The notes below the pieces were generated by a model, which ran no database searches, was not told the origin of the DNA, and saw nothing but the letters and a program-made list of their open reading frames with translations. The translations under genes and the position numbers were made by a program. Positions 36,793 through 46,051 of a stretch of DNA of 64,000 nucleotides are shown here, in pieces. The stretch spans positions 20,305 to 84,304 of the forward strand of contig JBKHII010000001.1 in the NCBI GenBank assembly GCA_046538735.1, read 5' to 3'. Origin of the DNA: Spirochaetales bacterium. GTDB taxonomy: Bacteria > Spirochaetota > Spirochaetia > DSM-27196 > SLST01. Each line of letters starts with the position of its first letter. Positions within the stretch are counted from its first letter, which is position 1.

Positions 36793-37793
36793 TCGGAGGC
36801 CTCCGTTCGTTCAAAGGTCCGCGTTCGAACGACCTCGCCGTCGCGCAGAATCTCCTCGAGCACGCGTTCCTCGCCCTGGTAGAAGACGCGCAGCACGGGC
36901 TCGCCGCCGCGAAAGAGCGTCTCGAGACGCGAGTATCCGTCCACCGCGTAGTCGGTGCGTCTCACGAGATCTCCGTTCTCGAGGTACCGCTCTACCACAA
37001 CCTCTTCCGCCTCGTACTCGTATCGCCACACACGAAGGATATCGCCGCGCTGCTCGCGCTCCTCCACGAGCACGCCGTCCTCGAATACGCGGGTGCGATC
37101 GGACTCGACCACTCCCTCGCGCGAGGTCGCCGTCCCCTCGAGACGTCCGTCCTCGTCGTATCGCTGCACAGTCTCGATGCCGTCCGCGACGAGCACGATG
37201 CGCCTGAGCGCGTCCCCGGCGGTGTCTCCCCAGTACTCGCGGGACTCCCGCTCGGCGACGTCATCGTTCTCCCACCGCGTCCGACTCTCGATCCGCCCGA
37301 GCTCGTCGTACTCGATCACCTCGTAGCCGTCGTCGGTATCCACCCACTCCTCGGCAAGCCGACCGTCACGGTACCGGTACTCCACGTTGGAGTCGGACTC
37401 GCTCACGACGCGCACGCGCCGCAACGATCCGTCACGCCAGTAGCGATAGTGCTCGGTCGAGACAACCTCGTCGCCGCGCGAGATGCGCCGCGCGACGAGC
37501 ATCCCGTCCGCGAACTCGAGCTCGCGTCGCTCCACGACCTCGTCCTCGCGGTAGAGCGTCCTCACCTCGGTATCGTCCTCCCGGTCGATGCGGAGGACGT
37601 ACTCGTGCGCCTCGCGCTCGGACTCCTCGATCCGGTCGCCGAGCTCACCGTGCTCGTCCGAGGCGTACCACTGCGCCGCGGCCGGTGCGATGACGGTCGT
37701 GAACAGCACGGCGCACGCGGCGAGCACCGTCCCACGGCGAGACCGCGGCGAGCACGCGGAGGAGCTGCGATCGAAGCGACGTATCCGGGTCAT
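36789..37793 (-). CDS. Secreted acidic repeat protein (MORN/YwqK-like short repeats), unknown function
   Basis: Signal-like segment GTVLAACAVLFTTVIAPAAAQ. It is followed by many Y/W-R-x-D-G-x-L/V-x-x-E type repeats (YRYWRDGSLRRV, YRYRDGRLAEEW, YDELGRIESR, YDEDGRLEGT, YLENGDLVRR). Confidence 0.6.
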   Translation of the reverse strand: MTRIRRFDRSSSACSPRSRRGTVLAACAVLFTTVIAPAAAQWYASDEHGELGDRIEESEREAHEYVLRIDREDDTEVRTLYREDEVVERRELEFADGMLVARRISRGDEVVSTEHYRYWRDGSLRRVRVVSESDSNVEYRYRDGRLAEEWVDTDDGYEVIEYDELGRIESRTRWENDDVAERESREYWGDTAGDALRRIVLVADGIETVQRYDEDGRLEGTATSREGVVESDRTRVFEDGVLVEEREQRGDILRVWRYEYEAEEVVVERYLENGDLVRRTDYAVDGYSRLETLFRGGEPVLRVFYQGEERVLEEILRDGEVVRTRTFERTEASE

Positions 37794-38668
37794 GCGAGGT
37801 CGAGAAGCTCCTTCACGTAGGCGTCGCGGTCGAACGGGCGCAGGTCGGTGTACTTCTCGCCGGTACCCACGAAGGCCGCGGCGAGGCCGAGCCTGCGCGA
37901 GATCGGTACGAGGATGCCGCCCTTCGCGGTGGAGTCGTACTTCGCGAGCACGATCCCGTCGATCGGGACGGCCTCGCTGAATACCTCGGCCTGCTGGAGT
38001 CCGTTCTGACCGGTCGTGGCGTCGATGACGAGCAGGCGGCGGTATGAAGCCTCCGGCGCCCGGGTGCTCACGACGCGGTCGATCTTGGAGAGCTCCTGGA
38101 CGAGGTTCTTCTTCGTGTGCATCCGGCCCGCCGTGTCCGCGAGCACGAGGCGGTCGCCGTTGTGACGCGCGCTCTCGATCGCGTCGTAGATCACCGCACC
38201 CGAGTCCGCACCGGGTCCCTGTTTCACGATGCGTACGCCGAGCCGCTCGGCGTGAATCGAAAGCTGCTCCACCGCCGCGGCTCGAAACGTGTCGCCGGCG
38301 GCGAGGCAGATCCCGGAAGCCTGCCCGGTCTCGCGGAAATGGCTCGCGAGCTTCGCGATCGTCGTGGTCTTACCCACGCCGTTCACCCCGAGCACGAGCA
38401 CGACGTTGAGCGCGTTCGGATCGAGCGTGAACTCGGTCTCCTGCACGACCGACGCAAGGTCGCGCTGCAGCAGCTCGAGGAGCTCCTCGCGCGACCGCGC
38501 GCGCTCCTTGCGACTCGTCTCGCGGAGGTGTTCCACGATCTCCATCGCCGTGCGCGCGCCGATATCGGCCTCGATCAATGTGTCCTCGAGCTCCTCGAAC
38601 GACTCTTCCGACCCGAAGCCGCCGCCGAACAGCGCGCGCAGCCGTGCGCCAAGTCCCTTCTTCTTCAT
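37790..38668 (-). CDS. ftsY: Signal recognition particle receptor FtsY (short form, NG domain only)
   Basis: SRP-GTPase motifs GVNGVGKTTTIAKLA, DTAGR, KYDSTAKGG and GTGEKYTDL. Confidence 0.95.
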   Translation of the reverse strand: MKKKGLGARLRALFGGGFGSEESFEELEDTLIEADIGARTAMEIVEHLRETSRKERARSREELLELLQRDLASVVQETEFTLDPNALNVVLVLGVNGVGKTTTIAKLASHFRETGQASGICLAAGDTFRAAAVEQLSIHAERLGVRIVKQGPGADSGAVIYDAIESARHNGDRLVLADTAGRMHTKKNLVQELSKIDRVVSTRAPEASYRRLLVIDATTGQNGLQQAEVFSEAVPIDGIVLAKYDSTAKGGILVPISRRLGLAAAFVGTGEKYTDLRPFDRDAYVKELLDLA

Positions 38669-38691
38669 ACCCGTCCTTTTCGATGGTCAAG

Positions 38692-40194
38692 CTACTGATT
38701 GTGTGGACCTTCTCCTACCTGCACGTAGTCGAAAATGGAGATAAGCAGGTTCACGAAGAGCCCCACGTTGACCGCCGTGCTTCCGAGCGACGACCAGTAG
38801 AAGATGTTTCCCAGCTGCGCGAGCCGGCGCTCCTCCGACTGCCTGAGCGTCGCCGCCGCGACCGGAACGAGCGCAGCGCGCACGCTCTCGTATCCACCGT
38901 TCAGGAGGATCGTCACGGGAAGCGAGACCACGAACCAGGTCAGCGCCTCGTAGAAGTCGTCGCGCTCGCGTCGCAGCTCCAGCGACCAGTCGATGGTGTC
39001 CGGCAGGAGCGCTCGATTCATCACGGTCGGGCTCGCCGAATCAACGACGAAGCGGGACTCGAGATAGCCGTCCCTGCGCAGGCGAACGACGGTCGAGGTC
39101 GGCGGGAACGTGTACTCGAGCGGCGTCCGACCGATCCAGACCGAGTCCGCGTAGACGTCCGCGCCGGCGGGCGAGCTGCGAAGCACGACCGTCCGAGCGG
39201 TGACCGCCTCCAGCTCAACGCGCTCCACCACGGACGCCCCGGGGGCGAGCTCGACCTCGCGCTCGGCCGATTCGAACCCCTCGGAGCTGACGCGAACGCG
39301 GTGGGCGCCGGGCCTCAGATAGGGTGCCGCGGCGTTCCCGTACCCGCGCAGCTCTCCGTTGATTTCGATCGCTGCCTCCGGGTCGCCGGTGACGACCTCG
39401 AGGCGCGCGTACTCGCGACCGAGCAACGCCGCCGCGCTCTCGCGCGCCACGATCGGCGCCTCGAGCCCGACCTCCTCGGGACGCGCGACGGTGCCGCCCA
39501 AGGGGGTGCTCGTCTGCGTGAAACGATGATACAGAGAGACGTCGATCGCAAGATACCCGTCGATCTCGTCCACAACACCCCAGACCACGACGTCCAGGTC
39601 CTCGGTTTCGGCGAGCGCCTCGAGCGCGCCGAGATCGGTATCCTCGGGGTGAGGAAGGAGACTCCCTTCCTCGTGACCCGACCAGAAAACGAGCGGAAGA
39701 GTCGCAGGCACAACCGCGGCGACGGCCTCGGGATCCGTCGCCTTCAGCTCAGTCAGGAGCGACCGAGCCTCCTCCACCGTTTCGGCGGCGGCCGGACGAC
39801 GCTCTTCGTCCGCCTCGCGATCGAAGATGAGACGGTCGCGCGCGTCCACCGCGCCCTGGAGTGCGGAGGCGGCATCCCGAACGGCGGCGTCCAGTCTCCG
39901 CTCCGAATACGCGCGTAGCTCTTCGGTCGAGAACTCGTGCTCCCGGATTGACGAGAGCGACTCGTAGAGGAGCCGAGGGAAGGTGACCGCCGCGATCCTC
40001 GCCTCGTCCGCGACGCCGGTCGGACCCGGCTCGGCAACGAGCTCGGCGATCCCCACGCGGTAGGTCTCTCGCGGCGCCGACAGCGCGTCCAACACCGGCT
40101 CGGACGGCGGCTCCGGCGCGGCGTCCTGCGCCGCGGCGCTCGCCGCGACGAACAGGAGCGCGGCACGGATCGCAAGTCGCGCGCTAACCGCCAT
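38692..40194 (-). CDS. Secreted/membrane-anchored PEGA-domain protein, unknown function
   Basis: Signal peptide RLAIRAALLFVAASAAAQ. Two PEGA-like units (RPGAHRVRVSSEGFES; SSPAGADVYADSVWIGRTPLEY). A C-terminal hydrophobic region. Confidence 0.65.
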   Translation of the reverse strand: MAVSARLAIRAALLFVAASAAAQDAAPEPPSEPVLDALSAPRETYRVGIAELVAEPGPTGVADEARIAAVTFPRLLYESLSSIREHEFSTEELRAYSERRLDAAVRDAASALQGAVDARDRLIFDREADEERRPAAAETVEEARSLLTELKATDPEAVAAVVPATLPLVFWSGHEEGSLLPHPEDTDLGALEALAETEDLDVVVWGVVDEIDGYLAIDVSLYHRFTQTSTPLGGTVARPEEVGLEAPIVARESAAALLGREYARLEVVTGDPEAAIEINGELRGYGNAAAPYLRPGAHRVRVSSEGFESAEREVELAPGASVVERVELEAVTARTVVLRSSPAGADVYADSVWIGRTPLEYTFPPTSTVVRLRRDGYLESRFVVDSASPTVMNRALLPDTIDWSLELRRERDDFYEALTWFVVSLPVTILLNGGYESVRAALVPVAAATLRQSEERRLAQLGNIFYWSSLGSTAVNVGLFVNLLISIFDYVQVGEGPHNQ

Positions 40195-40582
40195 CGGGCA
40201 CGCTCCCGAGCAAACCGTCGACCTCCAGTACCTTCGTGATCGCGCTCACCACGCGCTCGGGCCGAAACGGCTTCACAACGAAGTCGCGCGCGCCCAACTG
40301 GATTGCCCGGACGATCATCGCCTGCTCGCCGAGGGCGCTGCACATAATGACGCGCGCGCCGCCGTCGAGCTCGCGCAGTTTGCGCAGCGTGGTGATGCCG
40401 TCCATCTCGGGCATTGCGATGTCCAGGAGCACCACGTCCGGCTCGGCGGCGAGGTAGGTCCGCAGCGCCTCTCGTCCGTTCTCCGCCTGCGCGGCCACCC
40501 GCATCCCGGCATCGCGGAGGATGTCGGTGAGCAGCGACCGCATGAACGGCAGATCGTCAACGAGAAGCACTCGCGGGGTCAT
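40184..40582 (-). CDS. Stand-alone CheY-like response regulator receiver protein
   Basis: RVLLVDDLPFMR, DVVLLDIAMPEMDG (phospho-acceptor Asp context), MCSALG and ARDFVVKPF. The ATG overlaps the prfB stop (ATGA, 40579-40582). Confidence 0.85.
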   Translation of the reverse strand: MTPRVLLVDDLPFMRSLLTDILRDAGMRVAAQAENGREALRTYLAAEPDVVLLDIAMPEMDGITTLRKLRELDGGARVIMCSALGEQAMIVRAIQLGARDFVVKPFRPERVVSAITKVLEVDGLLGSVPDGG

Positions 40583-41683
40583 GAGCCTTCGTTCCAGCCG
40601 TAGCGCAGGTACTCGTCGATGAACGGATCGAGGTCGCCGTCCATCACCGCCTGGATGTTCCCGGTCTCGTGGCGCGTGCGCAGGTCCTTTACCATCGTGT
40701 ACGGCTGGAAGACGTACGAGCGGATCTGGTTGCCCCACGAGATGTCCTTCTTCTCGGCGGCGCTCTTTGCCTGCTCGGCTTCCTGCTGCTCGCGGTAGTA
40801 ATCGTAGAGGCGGCTCTTGAGCACCTTCATCGCCATCGCGCGGTTCTTGTGCTGGCTCCGCTCGTTCTGACACTGAACGACGATGCCGGTCTCCATGTGC
40901 GTGATCCGCACGGCGCTGTCGGTCTTGTTGACGTGCTGGCCGCCGGCGCCGCTGGCGCGGTACGTGTCAACGCGGATGTCCTCAGGCTTGATGTCCACGT
41001 CGATATCTTCGTCGATCACCGGGCTCACGTAGACGCTCGCGAACGAGGTGTGACGCCGACCGCTCGAGTCGAACGGACTGATGCGCACGAGCCGGTGAAT
41101 GCCGGTCTCGCCCTTGAGATAGCCGAACGCGTACTCACCGTCGATCTGCATCGTAACGCTCTTGATGCCGCCTTCGGCCTCCTGCAGGTCCAGGACCTGC
41201 GTTTTGTAGCCGTTCGCCTCGGTCCAGCGTGAGTACATGCGGTAGAGCATGCTAACCCAGTCGCACGCCTCGGTACCGCCCGCGCCCGAGTGGATCGTGA
41301 GGAAGACGTTCGCGGAGTCGAACTCGCCGGAGAGCAGCTCCTTGACCTGCAGGCGGTCGTACCGCTTGCGCTGCATCTCCAGGTTCTCGCGGATCTCGGC
41401 CTCCAGATCGGGGTCGGCCTCTTCGATCGCGAGCTGATAGAGCTCACCCAGATCCTGCGCCTGTTGCAGGAGCTCTTCCCACGGTTCGAGGCGTTCCTGT
41501 TTTCGTTTGAGCTCGGTCATCACGCGCTCGGCCTCTTCCCGATCGTTCCAGAGGTTCGGATCGGCCGAGCGCTGCTCGAGCTCGGCTATCTCGGCTCGGA
41601 GTTTATCCGAGTCAAAGATGCCTCCAGGTTTCTTGGATTTGCTCCTGGAGATCTTGAATCGGATTCGCAAGTTCTTCGAGCAT
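40579..41683 (-). CDS. prfB: Peptide chain release factor 2, expressed through programmed +1 ribosomal frameshift (segments 41683..41615 and 41613..40579)
   Basis: Frame 0 reads ATG 41683 [23 protein letters not shown], then TGA. Frame +1 continues [13 protein letters not shown]...SPF...GGQHVN (the SPF and GGQ motifs are present). Joined length is 367 aa. Confidence 0.9.
41611..41626 (-). other. prfB +1 frameshift cassette
   Basis: The minus strand reads TGGAGG cat CTT TGA C. This is an internal SD-like GGAGG 3 nt before the slippery CTT, followed by the in-frame TGA with a 3' C, the canonical RF2 autoregulatory site. Confidence 0.85.
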
Positions 41684-41710
41684 GGTTCCTCCAGGTGGAT
41701 TGATTGATTG

Positions 41711-41719
41711 AGTATACCA
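41711..41719 (-). promoter_or_regulatory. Candidate extended -10 promoter element for prfB
   Basis: The minus strand reads TGGTATACT (TGn + TATACT). It lies about 28 nt upstream of the prfB ATG, in the lower-GC divergent spacer 41684-41781. Confidence 0.35.
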
Positions 41720-41781
41720 AGAGCGCCGGGCCCGTTTCCACCGCTTGCGCGAGCGGCGACTTGTGCCGATGATAGGGGTGT

Positions 41782-43116
41782 ATGCATGATCGGCAGGGTC
41801 GACGCTTCCTCGCGTTCATTCTCGTCACGCTGTGCGCTCTCCTCGCAGCCGCCGGGCCGGCGCTCGCGCAGACGGCCGCCGCCGAGGAAGAGGTCTTTGC
41901 TCCCTTCGTCTCGCGACTCCGCCTCTCGATCCGCGATCCCCAGATCCGCATCACGTGGGAAGATGCCACGGATATCGTGACGAGCTACCGCGTCTACCGC
42001 GCAACGGAGCAGATCACGATCGAGAACCTTCCGAACGCCGAACTCGTCGCAACAGTGAGCGCGGGAGTGGAGGCGTACATCGACATTCCGCCCGAGCCGA
42101 ACGAGTACTACTACGCGGTGCTCGCCGAGCGCTCGTCCGGCGCACCGTACCGCGCGGTCATCCCGGGACGGAACGCGAGCTTCCGCGCGATCGAGGTCGT
42201 GAACGTCGCGACCGAGATCGAACGGGCGGCGGAGATCGGCGACATCGGCGCAGCGCTCGTTTCCGCGCAGGGACAGACGGCCATCGAGGTCACCGCCACG
42301 AGCGACCGCGACGGCAGGACGATCATCTTCTACCGTTCCACCGATCCGATCACGAGCGTAGACGATCTCGAGCAGGCAACGGTCGTGCGCGAAGCGCCGT
42401 CGGGAGCGCCGCGGATCGTCGATCTCCCGGTGCCGGGCGTCCAGTACTACTACGCCGCGCTCGATACGGGGCTGCTCCTCAGCGGAGACGCTACCGTGAC
42501 GCCGGGGATGAACGCGACGCGCCGGCCCACAGAGATACCGCTCGCCGCCACGGCGGACGCCCCGAACGGGTCCGCGGACGCCACGCCCCCGGAGGCGCTA
42601 CCGGAAATCGCGACAGCGGCGCCGCCGCTCGGCACGTCCGGCCGCGGTATCCCGCTTCCGTACCTGCAGATCGAGGACGACCTCCTGACCGGCCTGACCC
42701 TCGGAGACCCGCGAATCATCATACCGAACGCGCAGCCGATGAGCGCCGAAACCGAGGCCGTCGTAGCCGCGATGCTGCAACGCATCGGCCGCTCCGAACA
42801 GCGCGCGCCCGGCGCTACGATCCTTCCGGACGACCGCATTCCGGAACCCGAGGGTGCCGAGTACACGCTGCGGACGATCCTGGACGGGCCGTTCAGGAGA
42901 ATGGCGTGGGAGTCGGCGCTCGAGCAGCTCGAGAACTACTTCACGTTGCCGCTCACGGCCGAGCTCGAAGCGCGCGCGCACTTCTACCGCGCGCAGATCT
43001 ACTACTTCATGGGCGAGGAGCGACGCGCGATCCTGGAGCTCCTGCTCGCGCGGGACCACTACTACGTGGAAGTCGAGGAGTGGCTCGGCCGCATCCTCGG
43101 CAACCAGGGTGCATAG
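41782..43116 (+). CDS. Secreted hypothetical protein (Ig/FN3-like N-terminal modules, helical-repeat C-terminus)
   Basis: Signal peptide FLAFILVTLCALLAAAGPALAQ. Segments ITWEDATDIVTSYRVYRATEQI and YYYAV occur twice (FN3-like pattern). The C-terminus AHFYRAQIYYFMGEERRAILELLLA is TPR-like. Confidence 0.6.
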   Translation: MHDRQGRRFLAFILVTLCALLAAAGPALAQTAAAEEEVFAPFVSRLRLSIRDPQIRITWEDATDIVTSYRVYRATEQITIENLPNAELVATVSAGVEAYIDIPPEPNEYYYAVLAERSSGAPYRAVIPGRNASFRAIEVVNVATEIERAAEIGDIGAALVSAQGQTAIEVTATSDRDGRTIIFYRSTDPITSVDDLEQATVVREAPSGAPRIVDLPVPGVQYYYAALDTGLLLSGDATVTPGMNATRRPTEIPLAATADAPNGSADATPPEALPEIATAAPPLGTSGRGIPLPYLQIEDDLLTGLTLGDPRIIIPNAQPMSAETEAVVAAMLQRIGRSEQRAPGATILPDDRIPEPEGAEYTLRTILDGPFRRMAWESALEQLENYFTLPLTAELEARAHFYRAQIYYFMGEERRAILELLLARDHYYVEVEEWLGRILGNQGA

Positions 43117-43306
43117 ACCGACCACCCACGACTTCGTGCCTGGAGACGCTACCGACCTTTCGACGCTTCCGGAAGAGACGATGCACTGCTCCCAACATGT
43201 CACTGACCTTGCAGCTCGCAGGCGGTCAAGTGCTGATGCTGCTGGGACTTGCCGGTTCCGGTGGCGCGCACGCGACACTCGGCGGGTAGACGCGACGTAC
43301 GAGAGT

Positions 43307-45337
43307 CTATGCCTTTTCGAATCGGAGCGAGACTGAGGTCGAGAAGGTAGCGCCCGGGTCGAGATCCACGGGGTAGCGAAGAACGACGCTCGTGCTCTGA
43401 TAGCCCGTCTCGAGACCATTGCTCGACTTGCTCACCGTCTCCACGGGAAGGAGCCAGAGCTCGCACTCGCTGCCCATCCCCACCGTAATCGCGGTGTCAT
43501 TGACCCTGTCCTCGAACCGAAGCTCTCCCGCGGCGGGAATGCGCTGCAGCTCGGGACCGATCTCGGTGGGCTTTCCGGTTCCCGCGGTGAGCAGGAGCCT
43601 GAGGCTGTCTGCCTCGGACGAGAGGAAGGCGAGATTGATCTCGGGAGCGAAGGTGGACCGCAGCCGTTCTTCCGCCGCGCACGTAATCGAGTAGTCGACC
43701 TCCACGGCGTTGCGTTTGAACTTGAACCGCTTGGACAGATCAACGGCGCGCTCGCCGGTGCCGTCCTTCACGGTTCCGGACGCAGTCAACGCGACCACGT
43801 GCGTGTCGCGCTTGCCGTCCGCACGGTTGTAGAGCTCGCGCACAAAGCTGCCGCGCTCGTAGGCGGTCGCTCGATCGAATTCCTCGATCGTAGTCGACTC
43901 GTCCAGAAAATGGTCCACGAACGCCTTTCGCGGGAGACAGTCGTACCCTCGCGCCTCGACCTCCGGCGTATGGTAGCTCTCACGCCGCCGCGCGAGCGTA
44001 TCGAGATAGTTCCACGAGGTGGGCAGATAGTCGAGCTCGAAGAGCATGCCGCCCTCGGTATGGACGTAGGCGTTCATGTCCTGGCCCTGGTAGAGGTACT
44101 CCTCCAGCCCGTCCATATCGAAGTCGACGGTCACGACCGACGGAATGAAGATCCCCTTCTCCCGGGTCTTCTTCTCCGCCTCGATCAGCGATCGATAGAC
44201 GTTCTTGCGCAACCGATTGACGTAGATCCCGCCGTGGTGACCGTGCCAGTACGCGTTGTGGCACTGTCCCTTCCACAGCTCTTCCCGGGCGGCCTGCTTT
44301 CGGTACTTGTCGCCCCGGATCTGGTTCACGAGGACGTGCGTGTACTGCATCTTGGCGTACATGAGGTTGCTCTCGCTGTACTTGGTCAGGAACTGCCGGA
44401 AGTAGCCGCCGAAGATGTAGCCGTTTCGACCGGAGGTGAATCGCTGACGGAGCGCCTCGTACGCCTCCTGTCGTTCCGGTGTGAGCGACCAGTACATCAT
44501 CTCCTCGTACGATGCCGAGGGGAAGTACCCGCGGGTGCGTGGGCGATTCTCCTTCAGGTACTGCGCCGGGAGCACGACCTCGATCCACTCGCGGTTCTCG
44601 CCGATCAGCTCCACGAACCGCTCGAGCCGGAGATTCCGCGGCGTTGGGCCGTTGTCCGCCTCGGTAGACTCCGAGTATCGCTCACCCTCGTCCATCAGCA
44701 CGAAGACCCGGCTCTCGTCTTCCGACGCTCGTTCGCGCATGAACGAGATCACCTTCTCCGGGGCGTCGTCTCGCGCGACGTGCTTGAGATCGTGGCATAC
44801 CGGAAAGACCATGACCGTCTTCCCCTGATCCTCGGTGATACACGGACGCAGCAGATCGTCCCCGGTCAGTCCGGCGGCAATGAAGTGGTAGTCGTCCAGG
44901 AAGACGTACTCCATTCCACTGGATTTCAGCGTGCTCGCGAGACTCGGCTCCCAGACGTGCTCGGTGATCCACGTACCGCGAGGACGGCGTCCGAATCGCT
45001 TTCGGAGGTAGGTCGTGAGGCTCTCGATTTGGCCGAGCCGGTCGGGGCGCGGGATGAGCGAGAGTACCGGATCGTAGAAGCCCCCGCCGAGCAGCTCGAT
45101 CTGCTTACGGGAGACCATTTCGGAGAGCACGTCCGTGTACTCCGAATGGTGCTTCTCGAGCCACTGAAGCAGCTGACCCGAATAGTGGAGCGTGACCGGG
45201 ATCTGAGGTGCGTTGTAGAGAGCTCGCAAGAATGGCTTGTACGAGCGTTGATAGGCATGTTCGATTTCGTCATCGGTGGCACCAACCGGCTGACTATTGG
45301 TGGAGCCAAAGATGAGCCTCACTCTATCCATTGCCAT
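43307..45337 (-). CDS. Glycoside hydrolase family 57 protein (alpha-amylase / 4-alpha-glucanotransferase type)
   Basis: The N-terminal region has the GH57 pattern: HYSGQLLQWL, IELLGGGFYDPVL, GTWITEHVWEP, and WHGHHGGIYVNRLR further downstream. Length 676 aa. Confidence 0.8.
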   Translation of the reverse strand: MAMDRVRLIFGSTNSQPVGATDDEIEHAYQRSYKPFLRALYNAPQIPVTLHYSGQLLQWLEKHHSEYTDVLSEMVSRKQIELLGGGFYDPVLSLIPRPDRLGQIESLTTYLRKRFGRRPRGTWITEHVWEPSLASTLKSSGMEYVFLDDYHFIAAGLTGDDLLRPCITEDQGKTVMVFPVCHDLKHVARDDAPEKVISFMRERASEDESRVFVLMDEGERYSESTEADNGPTPRNLRLERFVELIGENREWIEVVLPAQYLKENRPRTRGYFPSASYEEMMYWSLTPERQEAYEALRQRFTSGRNGYIFGGYFRQFLTKYSESNLMYAKMQYTHVLVNQIRGDKYRKQAAREELWKGQCHNAYWHGHHGGIYVNRLRKNVYRSLIEAEKKTREKGIFIPSVVTVDFDMDGLEEYLYQGQDMNAYVHTEGGMLFELDYLPTSWNYLDTLARRRESYHTPEVEARGYDCLPRKAFVDHFLDESTTIEEFDRATAYERGSFVRELYNRADGKRDTHVVALTASGTVKDGTGERAVDLSKRFKFKRNAVEVDYSITCAAEERLRSTFAPEINLAFLSSEADSLRLLLTAGTGKPTEIGPELQRIPAAGELRFEDRVNDTAITVGMGSECELWLLPVETVSKSSNGLETGYQSTSVVLRYPVDLDPGATFSTSVSLRFEKA

Positions 45338-45457
45338 CCCGTCCGACGGGAATCGGGCCGCCGGCTGGACGCTCCCTCATCACGACGGTAGCCGGCGGGG
45401 CACCGACCGTGAAGCTGATTCTACTTCCGCCTGTGCCGACTTGTAAATCCCCCGCGA

Positions 45458-46051
45458 TCATCGACCCACCAGATTACCGAGAAACGTCTGATCGAACGCG
45501 AGGAAGGCGAGAGCGACGAGGCCCGTCGTGATGAAGGCGATCGGGGTGCCGCGAAAAACTCGCGGCACCCACTCTCGCTCGAGGCGCTCGCGAATCGACG
45601 CGACCACGACGGCGGCGAGGAGGAAGCCGATCCCCGCCGCGAGCCCGGCCACGAGGCTCTCGAGCGCGGCGTAGTCGGCTCGGGACGCGACGAGCGCGAT
45701 GCCGAGCACGACGCAGTTCACGGATATGAGCGGGAGGTACTTCCCAACGCTCCTGTGGAGCGCGGGAGAGACCGATTCGATCACCACGCCCAGATAGTGC
45801 CCGAGCGCGGCGAGAACGAGCACGAAGACGAAGGTCTGGAGGAAGGCGATCCCGAGCGGCATGAGAAGCCAGCTGCGCAGCGCCCAGGTGATCAGCGAGC
45901 CCACGGACATGACGAAGGACGCGGCAACTCCGAGCCCGAAGGCCGACTCCACACGCCGGGACGAGCCGATTACCGGGCAGAGCCCCAGAAAGTGGGTCAA
46001 CACGAGGTTGTTCACGAGCACGAATGTGACGATGATGCTCACGTAGCTCAT
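45458..46051 (-). CDS. rnfA: Rnf electron-transport complex subunit A
   Basis: VNNLVLTHFLGLCP, LPLISVNCVVLG and SIRERL align along the whole length with E. coli RnfA. Confidence 0.9.
   Translation of the reverse strand: MSYVSIIVTFVLVNNLVLTHFLGLCPVIGSSRRVESAFGLGVAASFVMSVGSLITWALRSWLLMPLGIAFLQTFVFVLVLAALGHYLGVVIESVSPALHRSVGKYLPLISVNCVVLGIALVASRADYAALESLVAGLAAGIGFLLAAVVVASIRERLEREWVPRVFRGTPIAFITTGLVALAFLAFDQTFLGNLVGR

Noticed and set aside
40579-41787. An uninterrupted 402-aa prfB model starting at ATG 41787
   Set aside because: The first ~58 residues (MHTPLSSAQVAARASGGNG...) do not resemble RF2. A canonical SD-CTT-TGA-C frameshift cassette with a properly RF2-like 23-codon frame-0 ORF explains the locus better.
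45342-45354. Perfect palindrome CCCGTC-c-GACGGG abutting the GH57 start codon, as a possible translational control hairpin
   Set aside because: It is very short, and the effective stem after allowing a loop is 4-5 bp. There is no supporting conservation information.
43799-45391. 530-aa plus-strand ORF. Analogous long antisense ORFs occur at 26509-27693, 28005-29129, 31982-33349, 38578-39918, 46220-47863, 48656-50293, 51583-53229, 53147-54745, 56378-57643, 58902-60167 and 62516-63754.
   Set aside because: All lie opposite genes with clear family motifs or with signal-peptide/TM architecture. Their translations are arginine-rich, low-information sequences. They are interpreted as GC-driven shadow ORFs, not overlapping genes.
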